Source: a virus
Lineage: Duplodnaviria > Caudoviricetes
Length of the DNA: 64,000 bases
IMG/VR virus record: IMGVR_UViG_3300013947_000024
Location: 32,001 to 96,000 of that record
Strand: one strand, 5' to 3'
Positions 29,739 through 38,493 of this stretch are shown piece after piece; the first letter of the stretch is position 1, and the number at the start of each line of letters is the position of its first letter. The position numbers were made by a program, and so were the translations under genes. The notes beneath the pieces were generated by a model. It saw only the letters and a list, made by a program, of their open reading frames with translations, ran no database searches and was not told the origin of the DNA.

Positions 29739-31628
29739 ATGTCGAAACTTACTGAAGACGGAGTGAACAACGGCGCGCCTTCTGTTTTTGAAACAGACGA
29801 CAAGGTGTACAACAATCCGATTAAACCTATTCCTAAACCAGCAAAGAATATCGGTATTGATACCGAGGGCGAATTTTATGACAACCTAATTGAAGCGGGT
29901 GAGTCTGGAATTCTTGCTACAGCAAATATTGAACGCTTTTCTCAAGTGTCCGATATGCGTAATCAGCTTTATAACATGATGGATAGCATGATGTCAGACC
30001 CAATCATTTCGACTGGCGTTGAGATTTATGCGGAGAACTGCGCAGAAGCGAATGATAGAGGACATGTGGTATGGGCGGAGTCAGAACAGAAAGAAGTGGC
30101 TGATTATGTCAACCATCTGCTTGATGTTATCAATGTGGATAAACACGCGTACACATGGATTCTTAGCTTAATTAAGTACGGCGACCTTTATCTCCGACTT
30201 TACAGAAATTCAGAATACAACGGTTCAATCTTCAAAAAGAAAGAAAAAGAGAGACTACAAGAGCAGGTCAACATTAAGGCGTACAGCAAGAACGATAAAT
30301 ACGCAAACTATGTAGAGATGGTGAAAGACCCGTCCGTCATGTTTGAGCTTACGAGATTTGGCAAGACAGAGGGGTATATTGAGGCGTCAAACCCTACACA
30401 GATGTATGAGGGTTCCCAGCTTACAGATAACTATGTCAAATTCCAGTTTAATAGTGGAGATGTGAATATCTACGAGGCGACAGAATTTGTTCATGCCTAT
30501 CTTGCGGATAATTCTTCTCGTTATACAGAAACTGTGAATATCGCCAATGGAGAAGACGGCAGGGAATATGAGTATGCTGTTCGTAAAGGAAAGCCAATGC
30601 TCTACGACTTGTACAAGCTATGGAGACAGCAAACTCTTCTTGAAAGCTCTGTGATTCTTAACCGTGTAACCCGTTCGGCTATCACTCGTATTCTTTCCGT
30701 TGATGTCGGAGATATGCCAAAAGATCAGGTACAGAAGCGACTCTCCAAAATCAAGGCTCTCATTGAACAGAAGTCTGCTATTCGTCAGGGCGATGGAATG
30801 ACTGATTATACCGACCCGAGTCCCATCGAGAATATTATTTATCTTCCTGTCAATGGGGAGAAGGGTGCTATCCAGCAGTTGACCATTGGCGGAGATGTGA
30901 ATGTGGGCGACCTTACAGACCTTGATTACTTCAAGAACAAGTATTACGGCGCTCTTGGTATTCCGAAGCAGTACCTTGGTGATACTGGCGATTCTGCTGG
31001 ATTCGACGCTGGTTCAAGCCTTGCACAAATTTCTTCGCAGTTTGCAAAGAAGGTCGGAAGAATTCAGGATTCGTTCATTCAGGCTATCGAAGAGCTTGTT
31101 AACCTTATGCTCCTTGACAGAGACCTTGGCGGGTATATCAATAAGTTTTCTATCAAGATGGTTTCTCCTGCAACGAAAGAAGAAACGGATAGACAGAATA
31201 ACGCCGTTGCTCGTGTTAGCTTTGCAACCGATGTCGTGAACGCCGTAAGTAATGTCATTGACGATGAGGAGACAAGGCTGAAAGTTCTTCGCGCTATGAT
31301 GACCAATGCGGTAGGCGAAACAGAGGTTCCTGCCATTATCGACGAATATATCACTCGCAGAGACGCAGAGATTGCCGAGGACGAGGCAAAAGGCGAAGAC
31401 GAGGGTGAAGATACCGCCGAAGAGGAAACGCGCGAGGAAGAGCCTGTAATGCCCGTTGGAGGCAGTGCTCTTAACAGAGGTATCGGCAGAGCGCCTTTCG
31501 GAGCAGAAGAAGAGACAGAGACGGAAGTATCGGTAGAAGCTCCTGAAGCTCCAGAGGAAAGAGAAGAGACAATTCTTCCTACGCCCGCAGAGCTTAATTT
31601 AGACTTGACAGACAACAGCGAAGCGTAA
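29739..31628 (+). CDS. Portal protein (T4 gp20-like)
   Basis: KYGDLYL, LLESSVILNRVTRS...VDVGDMPK, DLDYFKNKYYGALGIPKQYL motifs; position after terL. Confidence 0.85.
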   Translation: MSKLTEDGVNNGAPSVFETDDKVYNNPIKPIPKPAKNIGIDTEGEFYDNLIEAGESGILATANIERFSQVSDMRNQLYNMMDSMMSDPIISTGVEIYAENCAEANDRGHVVWAESEQKEVADYVNHLLDVINVDKHAYTWILSLIKYGDLYLRLYRNSEYNGSIFKKKEKERLQEQVNIKAYSKNDKYANYVEMVKDPSVMFELTRFGKTEGYIEASNPTQMYEGSQLTDNYVKFQFNSGDVNIYEATEFVHAYLADNSSRYTETVNIANGEDGREYEYAVRKGKPMLYDLYKLWRQQTLLESSVILNRVTRSAITRILSVDVGDMPKDQVQKRLSKIKALIEQKSAIRQGDGMTDYTDPSPIENIIYLPVNGEKGAIQQLTIGGDVNVGDLTDLDYFKNKYYGALGIPKQYLGDTGDSAGFDAGSSLAQISSQFAKKVGRIQDSFIQAIEELVNLMLLDRDLGGYINKFSIKMVSPATKEETDRQNNAVARVSFATDVVNAVSNVIDDEETRLKVLRAMMTNAVGETEVPAIIDEYITRRDAEIAEDEAKGEDEGEDTAEEETREEEPVMPVGGSALNRGIGRAPFGAEEETETEVSVEAPEAPEEREETILPTPAELNLDLTDNSEA

Positions 31629-31645
31629 TCGGAGGATTAAGATAG

Positions 31646-32092
31646 ATGCTTACAAAGAATGACTGCCTGTTACTCCTTCTCGGAATTGATGGAGAAGAGG
31701 CAAAGAAGATGGCAAACGAAGTAGCAAGAACAGGAAAGCTCACATCGCAGATTATTAAATTTATCAACGACAAGAGACCTCTTGACCTTGCGAAATTCTA
31801 TGAAAAGATTCGTCATAGCTACAATCAAAAGAAATCGTCCCTGTATATCAATATCGTAAAAGAGACAGAGGACACAACGGATGTTCTTACGACCCTGTCT
31901 GCTATGGCACTGCAAATCCTCCTGTTCGGCAAGAATGTAGAGGATAAGATGATGTTTTTCCGTCAGGCGAGACTTGCAGAAATATACAAAGCTCTGCATG
32001 ATTATGCAACAACGGGAGATATTATTCCGTGTCAGAAGCTTCTTCGGGTTATCAAAGCCGATATTAAGATGTTGGAGCTTGCTACTCGGTAA
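31646..32092 (+). CDS. Hypothetical protein (head module)
   Basis: 148-aa ORF with GGAGG RBS. Confidence 0.7.
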   Translation: MLTKNDCLLLLLGIDGEEAKKMANEVARTGKLTSQIIKFINDKRPLDLAKFYEKIRHSYNQKKSSLYINIVKETEDTTDVLTTLSAMALQILLFGKNVEDKMMFFRQARLAEIYKALHDYATTGDIIPCQKLLRVIKADIKMLELATR

Positions 32093-32165
32093 TTCGTAAT
32101 TTATGCGAGACGTCATGAAAAGTTATGCAAAAATTTGTGAAAATATGCGTTTTGTTGATTTTGCA

Positions 32166-32181
32166 CAACTAAATCTAATAG
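32166..32181 (+). promoter_or_regulatory. Candidate late-promoter motif, copy 4
   Basis: CAACTAAATCTAATAG upstream of the protease/capsid operon. Confidence 0.6.
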
Positions 32182-32213
32182 AAATGTGTGGCGTCTCGCC
32201 ACGAGGTAATACT

Positions 32214-32688
32214 TTGGAAATTCTTGAAATAGTAAAGGCGTATTACGGTGTCGTCGACTGTCCGTATGATGGTGTGACATACATTCTTCCAGATGGAGCT
32301 ATGTTGGACATGCGAGGGTGCAATCATCATAGCGATGTAGAGAAGTTTCTTGTAGATTCTGGATTGAGCAATGAGCCATACACAGAAATCGGCGGAAGCA
32401 ACACTATCAATCACCCAGCTCCAAATGAGCGTAGACCAATTCAAGTCTGCTGATTGATCAGACTAAGTGCTACGAGCACTCCGTTATTGTAATACGAGGA
32501 GATACTATTTTGAATTACCAAGCAAGCACATTACCGAGGCACAGAAGCGCAAACTCACGGAATGGCTGGATTTTCTGCGAGAGCAGTGCAACTTTGTCAC
32601 ATATTTGTGTGGCAGAGAGCATCACTTCTTTTCGTTACAGAATACACCATTACAGGACATTGTAGAGCGAGGAATATACAGTGATTGA
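32214..32688 (+). pseudogene. Hypothetical gene split by an IscB/HEARO-like fragment
   Basis: TTG start after GAGGT; N-half YILPDG.MLD..H..V ends in insertion-derived sequence; C-half CN...ELP...TEAQ..L.EWLD is in another frame. Confidence 0.5.
32406..32487 (+). ncRNA. Truncated 5' part of a HEARO/IscB omegaRNA-like element
   Basis: ATCAATCACCC...GATTGATCAGACTAAGTGCTACGAGCACTCCGTTA resembles the GTCAAYYACCC...TTGACCAGMCTAAG..CTACGTT opening of HEARO RNAs. Confidence 0.55.
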
Positions 32689-34204
32689 AAAGCTCACGGC
32701 GGAAGATGTTCTTACATACAGACCGCTTACAGAAGAAGAAAAGAACCGTGGTATTCTCGGTAGACTTTACGGCAATGTAGCAGATACATTCCGTGCTACG
32801 AGAAACGGGCGGAAATATAGCGAGCAACTTTGGGAAAAAGTCTTTAATGACAGTCTTGTTAAAGAGGGCTTTCAGAGTGGTGGTATTCCTGGTGAATTAG
32901 ACCACCCTACTGATAGAACAGAGACTTGCTCCGAGAAAATCGCTATTATGATGCCAGCACCGCCCAAGAAGAACAAAGACGGTAAACTGGTAGCATACTT
33001 CGATATTCTTGATACGCCTAACGGAAGAATTGCATATACCCTTGCTAAGTACGGGTATAAATTCGGCATTAGTAGCCGAGGAGACGGCGAGGTTGAAGAG
33101 GATTACGACGGAACTTCCGAAGTGCTCCCCGATAGCTTTGATTTTAAGGCTTTCGACCTTGTTCTTCTGCCCGCAGTAAAGGAAGCGCGTATGCAACTTG
33201 TGGCGGAGTCTTTTGATACAAAGAGAAGTGTTAGGGGCGCTCTTATCGAGTCTCTTAATAATTCCACAGAAGATGAGCGCAAGATTATGGAAGATACGCT
33301 TGATAAATTAAAAATTGATTATAAGCCTGAAAAGGCAGATAATACAGAGTGTGAATCCGAAGAGAAAGAAGAAGCCGACAATGACGGTTCGTTGATCCTT
33401 GAAGATTTGCAAGTTGCGTTAAAAGAAAAGAAGGAACTGGAAGACACGGTTGCAGAGCTTCACGAGAAGTTGTCTGTTTGCTATGCAAAAGAAGCCAAGT
33501 ATGAAGCCGCAGACCAAGAGAGAAAGAAAATCTCTGCAAAGGTGGCAGAACTTACTCGCGCCAACGATGCTCTGAAAGCTACTAACGGTCGTTTAACGGA
33601 ACAGCTCGAAAAGGCAAATACCCATGTAGGAGACTTGAAGAAAGCAAACGCGAGATTGCTTGAATCGAAACGACGCGACGCCGCCAATAACGGCAAAGCA
33701 CTGAATGAAAGCCTTGACAAGAGTAATGCAAAAATTGCGGAACTCCAAGAAAAGATCAAGATCCTTGAAGAGGCAGCGCGTAAAGATGATTCGACCGATA
33801 AGGTGCGGAAGCTAACAGAAAGCATTTCCGAATTAAAGAAAGACGCAACGATCAAGAGTAATGAATACTCGAGAAAGATTGCAAAAGCAAACTCTCTTAC
33901 AGAACAGTATAAGAGTGTTGCTAACATGGCGGTTGATAAGTATATCAATTGTCAAGCGGTAAAACTTGGAATCGAAGCCGAAGAGATTAAGAGTCGACTT
34001 TCTGAAAATTATTCTCTTGAGGATATTGACAGATTGTGCGAAGCTATTCAGTCTCAGCAGGCAAGAGATAACAGGTTACCATTTAACACCAAATCAAACA
34101 AATTATCCATTAAAGTGTCTGCTCCTAAGAAGGATAACTCCTACGGAGAATACGATGACACAGTGGATGACAATCTGCTCTATTTAGCGAGCAGATATTC
34201 GTAA
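32681..34204 (+). CDS. Prohead protease (T4 gp21-like) fused to a coiled-coil scaffold
   Basis: TRNGRKY, GELDHP, ILDTPNG, GISSRG, FDLVLLPA motifs; C-terminal coiled coil with many L-x-E-S sites. Confidence 0.9.
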   Translation: MIEKLTAEDVLTYRPLTEEEKNRGILGRLYGNVADTFRATRNGRKYSEQLWEKVFNDSLVKEGFQSGGIPGELDHPTDRTETCSEKIAIMMPAPPKKNKDGKLVAYFDILDTPNGRIAYTLAKYGYKFGISSRGDGEVEEDYDGTSEVLPDSFDFKAFDLVLLPAVKEARMQLVAESFDTKRSVRGALIESLNNSTEDERKIMEDTLDKLKIDYKPEKADNTECESEEKEEADNDGSLILEDLQVALKEKKELEDTVAELHEKLSVCYAKEAKYEAADQERKKISAKVAELTRANDALKATNGRLTEQLEKANTHVGDLKKANARLLESKRRDAANNGKALNESLDKSNAKIAELQEKIKILEEAARKDDSTDKVRKLTESISELKKDATIKSNEYSRKIAKANSLTEQYKSVANMAVDKYINCQAVKLGIEAEEIKSRLSENYSLEDIDRLCEAIQSQQARDNRLPFNTKSNKLSIKVSAPKKDNSYGEYDDTVDDNLLYLASRYS

Positions 34205-34228
34205 AATTAGAAAGGATAAATTTTTATC

Positions 34229-35578
34229 ATGGAAAGAATCAATCTTCTTGAAGCATACAAGTCGAAGCTCTCTCTTGCAGAGTCCGTGTATGCAAAGACT
34301 CACAACGGCGAGACCGCTCCTATGGCGGTTAAACTTGCTACCGCAAAATCCATCCAGACTGTTACCAAGTTCCTGAATGAGAACCTTGCCAGCCTTGGTG
34401 CTACCCAGCTTGGCGATATGGGCGCTTTCAAGCGTGCCGTCACCAGCATCACCACCATTACGCTTCCTTCTCTGATCGCTCCCTCTCTTGTTCATACCAT
34501 TGCAATGCCCTCTCGTGCAAGCTCTTTCGTTTACATGGAGATCGTTGCTGGTTCGAATAAGGGTGGGGTGAAGAAGGGCGACCTTATCAACAACCCCTTC
34601 GCTCTTGGCAACATTGAGTCTGACTACTCGGGTGCAAGAGTCGTCGAGGATGTTACCCTTGACGCAGAGACGAAGGCTCAGCTCGCTTGGTCTCCTGTCC
34701 TCCTTACCTCCGATAACAAGCTCCTTGCTGGTTATGACGCTGACGGCAACGAGATTGCTGTGACTCTGACCTACAATGGTGCGGCTGTTACCTATACCGC
34801 TACGGCTGATGGTGTTATCACCGTTACTGCTGGTGCGGCGGCTACGAATGTTCTGAAGGTTAAGTATATCTACGACAACGCGTTCATTCCTGCTCGTGAC
34901 ATTCCTACCATCACCGCTCGTGAGAGAAATATTCCTCTGTATGCTAAGGTTCGCAGACTTGCTATCTACTACAGCCAGCTCGCCGCGTTCCAGAGCAAGC
35001 AGGACTATGGTATGGATCTCGAGAAGACGCTCTCTACTCAGGCGGTTGCAGAGCTTCAGTATCAGATCGACACCGAAGTTTGTGATATGCTCGTTGATGG
35101 CGCTACCGAGGAAGCCGCTCTCGTTTGGAGCAAGACTCTCCCGATCGGTGTGTCGAAACGCGACCACTTTGATGGTTTTAGCGAGATGATTTCTCTTGCT
35201 CGTTCTATCGTGTTTAAGAGAACTCAGAAGTATGCTCCAAACTGGATGCTTTGCGCTCCCGATGTTCTCCCTGTCCTTAAGATGGTTACTGGCTTCCGTG
35301 CGGCTCCCGCGTCTGTGATGGCTGGTCCGTATCTTGCTGGCGAGATCGACGGCATGAAGGTGTTCGTGTCTGCTCATCTTGAGGATGGTGTGTACTGCTT
35401 CGGTGCTCAGTACCCCGAGCTTCAGGCAAACTGCGGCGTCCTTGCTACCTACATGCCTATCGTTCCCACGATGCTTGTTATGGGTCCCGATGGTGGCGCT
35501 ACGCAGGGCTTCTCCTCTATGTACGACTGTAAGGTTCTTAACCCCCTGCTCCTCGTCAAGGGTAGAATCACTGCCTAA
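34229..35578 (+). CDS. Major capsid protein (T4 gp23-like)
   Basis: 449 aa after the protease; AKVRRL, ELQYQIDTEV, GVLATYMPI motifs; highly biased codon usage. Confidence 0.9.
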   Translation: MERINLLEAYKSKLSLAESVYAKTHNGETAPMAVKLATAKSIQTVTKFLNENLASLGATQLGDMGAFKRAVTSITTITLPSLIAPSLVHTIAMPSRASSFVYMEIVAGSNKGGVKKGDLINNPFALGNIESDYSGARVVEDVTLDAETKAQLAWSPVLLTSDNKLLAGYDADGNEIAVTLTYNGAAVTYTATADGVITVTAGAAATNVLKVKYIYDNAFIPARDIPTITARERNIPLYAKVRRLAIYYSQLAAFQSKQDYGMDLEKTLSTQAVAELQYQIDTEVCDMLVDGATEEAALVWSKTLPIGVSKRDHFDGFSEMISLARSIVFKRTQKYAPNWMLCAPDVLPVLKMVTGFRAAPASVMAGPYLAGEIDGMKVFVSAHLEDGVYCFGAQYPELQANCGVLATYMPIVPTMLVMGPDGGATQGFSSMYDCKVLNPLLLVKGRITA

Positions 35579-35592
35579 TTTTGAGTTTTTAC

Positions 35593-35655
35593 TTGAAATT
35601 GCGTAAGTAAAATCATATATAGTAGTGTGAGGGGAGAAATCCTCTCCACTACTAT
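35593..35655 (+). promoter_or_regulatory. Promoter plus hairpin upstream of the endonuclease gene
   Basis: TTGAAA-17 nt-TATATA, then hairpin TAGTAGTG..CACTACTA; the motif recurs at 62229. Confidence 0.5.
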
Positions 35656-35704
35656 CAATATGTTCCACAAGCCGTGTTAGGCAGAGGAATACCAAGGAAA
35701 ACAA

Positions 35705-37201
35705 ATGACTTTTGAAAGCGCAAAGAAAAACTTTTCGAAGGAGTTCCTTGAAGATAAATATCTTGCACAAGGACTGTCCAAGGAAAATCTTGCAAAAGAA
35801 ATTGGAATATCTCTCTGTTTGTTGAATCATCTTTTGTCTTGCTATGACATTAAGAAATCACAGGAAGACATTAAGAAGCAGTCTCTCACTGGTTTAATGA
35901 GGCGAGCGCAGAAGCGAAGAGATGTGGCAGAAGAAACTCTGTCTAACATTGACAGAGATGAGCTTTACAGGCTTTACATCGTAGAGAATGCTCGCTATGA
36001 AGATATAGCAAAACATTACGGTGTTTCCTGCTATAGGCTTGATAAGATTTTGGCTGAATACGGCATCCATAAGAGCAAGAAGCAGGCACATATTCTTACA
36101 ACAGAGACAAATATTAAGAAACACGGCTCTATTGAAGCATATCATAAGCAAGCAAGAGAGAGCGCCGTTAAGACGATTCTGAAAAAGAGTGGGTCTCTTG
36201 AAGAACATTATGCGAATGTCGCCAAGAAAATGTCTGCTACCAAGGAAGAGCGTTATGGCTCTCGGCATTACTACAATGTCGATGGTATGCGCAAGACTTG
36301 CTTGGAGAAGTACGGTGTCGAGGCTCCTTGTATGCTCCCACAAGTCCGTATGCACGGGAATGACTCTAAACCGAATAAAGAGTTTGAAGAGCTTTTGATT
36401 GCTAACGGAATTGAATATGAGCGAGAATTTGCTCTTGGAAGTTATTCATATGATTTCCGTATCGGAAAGATTCTCATAGAAATCAATCCTACCGCCACGC
36501 ATAATTCTTCTTATTCTCCGTTCCCCGATAGAACACCGACGGACAGTCGATACCACGAAAAGAAAACGACCTACGCAAGAACGCACGGTTTTCGTTGTGT
36601 CAATGTGTGGGATTGGGATGATAAAGATAAGGTTGTTTCGCTCTTGCAAAAGAGACAGAAGATAAACGCAAGAGATTGTGAAATTGTCTCTATCTCACAG
36701 AACGAAGCGTCTGACTACCTAAATAAGTATCATCTTCAAGGATATGCAAAGGACGAGATTAGATTTGCTCTTACATATCATGGAGAGATTGTTCTCGTGA
36801 TGACATTTGGAAATCCTCGCTACAACAAGAAGTTTGATTATGAGTTAATTAGGCTTTGTTCTCATTGCTATGTTGTTGGAGGGGCAGAAAAAGTATTTTC
36901 GTACTTTCTACGAACATATTCTCCTACATCCGTTGTTAGCTATTGTGACTTTTCAAAATTCAACGGCGATGTCTACGAGCGACTTGGGTTTCGGTTTGAG
37001 GATTATTCTGTGGGAAAACACTGGTACAACCCAAGAACTGGAAGACATATCACCGATGCTCTTCTTCGCGCCAGAGGAGCCGACCAATTGCTTGGTACTG
37101 ATTACGGTATTGGCGCAGACAATAAGGGTATTATGCTGTCTGATGGCTTCGTAGAAATCTATGACGCCGGGCAGGCAAGATATACATACATAGCTCATTA
37201 A
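35705..37201 (+). CDS. Free-standing homing-endonuclease-like protein (Hef-type PD-(D/E)xK with HTH repeats)
   Basis: HTH repeats, TCLEKYGVE motif, YDFRI..ILIEINP..TH nuclease, C-terminal ARDC..HLQG..ELIRLC..GGAEK..SYCD domain; inserted between capsid genes. Confidence 0.75.
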   Translation: MTFESAKKNFSKEFLEDKYLAQGLSKENLAKEIGISLCLLNHLLSCYDIKKSQEDIKKQSLTGLMRRAQKRRDVAEETLSNIDRDELYRLYIVENARYEDIAKHYGVSCYRLDKILAEYGIHKSKKQAHILTTETNIKKHGSIEAYHKQARESAVKTILKKSGSLEEHYANVAKKMSATKEERYGSRHYYNVDGMRKTCLEKYGVEAPCMLPQVRMHGNDSKPNKEFEELLIANGIEYEREFALGSYSYDFRIGKILIEINPTATHNSSYSPFPDRTPTDSRYHEKKTTYARTHGFRCVNVWDWDDKDKVVSLLQKRQKINARDCEIVSISQNEASDYLNKYHLQGYAKDEIRFALTYHGEIVLVMTFGNPRYNKKFDYELIRLCSHCYVVGGAEKVFSYFLRTYSPTSVVSYCDFSKFNGDVYERLGFRFEDYSVGKHWYNPRTGRHITDALLRARGADQLLGTDYGIGADNKGIMLSDGFVEIYDAGQARYTYIAH

Positions 37202-37236
37202 AAAAAAATTAATACATGAGAGAGAGGATTAAAATC

Positions 37237-37692
37237 ATGGCATCTACACTTACTATTGCAAATCCCCAGCTTCTGAAGATTAAGAATGAGGGCGACGCTC
37301 CTGTTACCTTCGTCCCTTATCGTGAGAGCGCGGTTTACACCGTTGAGGCTGGCAAGACCATTGAGCTTGAGGCGGCTACTGCTGGTCAGGCTCTGTACTA
37401 CCTGAAGCAAGCTATCGGCGACCTTGCTGTTACGCAGATTGAGGCGTTTGACGCGGCTTCGGCTGACATCACTGTAATTGATCTTCCTGCTACTGTTACT
37501 ATTAAGAACGGTGGCGAGAAGGATCTTGCTTTTGTTCCTTATCGTGAGAACTTCGGTGAGGTTCTTAAGGCTGGCGATTCTATTGTTCTTCCTGCTTCTA
37601 CTGTTGGTCAGGTTCTTTACTACCTGAACCTCAACAGATATGGCTTTACTGTTACTCAGGAAGCCGAGAAGGTTGCGGAAGACGGCGAGTAA
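37237..37692 (+). CDS. Capsid decoration-like protein (two tandem repeats)
   Basis: KIKNEG..FVPYRES..GQALYYL / TIKNGG..FVPYREN..GQVLYYL; capsid-like codon bias. Confidence 0.6.
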   Translation: MASTLTIANPQLLKIKNEGDAPVTFVPYRESAVYTVEAGKTIELEAATAGQALYYLKQAIGDLAVTQIEAFDAASADITVIDLPATVTIKNGGEKDLAFVPYRENFGEVLKAGDSIVLPASTVGQVLYYLNLNRYGFTVTQEAEKVAEDGE

Positions 37693-37761
37693 TTAAATAC
37701 CGCGTGGCGGACGGGCGAACAACTCGTCCGCCTATTTCACTAATAGGAAGGTAGGCTTATC

Positions 37762-38472
37762 ATGGATAGAAAAGCGTTCAAAGACGAAATCGCATTTAGG
37801 CTTACTGGCGGTGTGCTACAACTTGAATTAGACGATGTAGCTCTTGATAATGTCTTAAATGCGGCGTTTAGAGAGGTGCAGAGATATATCGACACCACAA
37901 AGATTGTCACAATCCCATTTCAAAGATGTATCGACTTAAAAGGCGCTAAAGTTAGTGCGGTGTCTACTGTCATGCGGGCAGACCCGAGAGGCGGTGGATT
38001 CACGAATTATGGGGCTTCTATGTCAGACCCTATTACAGCGTCTATGTGGCAAATTATGTCGGGTGGAGCAATGCATAATGTTGCAAATTTTGTGTTAAAT
38101 TATGCGTCATATAATACTCTGCTACAAATAAGAAACACGGTGTCAACCGACTTAGACTTTTATTACGATAAGTCGTCCGAGCAATTGTATATCAATGTGT
38201 TGGATTCACAACCGCCTTATATCACAATTGAATTCGTCCCGAGATACGATGATGTGTCAGAGGTTGTGTCTGATTACTGGATTGATATAATTATGCGAAT
38301 GGCTGTTGCTCTTGCAAAAGTAACGCTCGGTCGAATTCGTTCAAGATATAAACAGACAAATGCTTTGTGGGAAAATGACGGTGATACTCTTCTTACAGAG
38401 GGTAATACCGAACTGTCAGAACTACGTAGCATGTTGTCGTCAAATGCGAATGTCACATACCCGTTAGACTAA
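37762..38472 (+). CDS. Neck/head-tail adaptor (T4 gp13-like)
   Basis: ELDD..LD, ALAKVTLGRIRSRY, GD.LLTEG..EL motifs; synteny. Confidence 0.75.
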   Translation: MDRKAFKDEIAFRLTGGVLQLELDDVALDNVLNAAFREVQRYIDTTKIVTIPFQRCIDLKGAKVSAVSTVMRADPRGGGFTNYGASMSDPITASMWQIMSGGAMHNVANFVLNYASYNTLLQIRNTVSTDLDFYYDKSSEQLYINVLDSQPPYITIEFVPRYDDVSEVVSDYWIDIIMRMAVALAKVTLGRIRSRYKQTNALWENDGDTLLTEGNTELSELRSMLSSNANVTYPLD

Positions 38473-38493
38473 TTTTCAGAGGAGAAAGATTGA

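Noticed and set aside
34184-35830. Long minus-strand ORFs (e.g. 34184-35830, 38476-39978, 13020-14156, 11385-12473, 838-1872)
   Set aside because: Antisense shadows of strongly codon-biased + strand genes, with no recognisable motifs.
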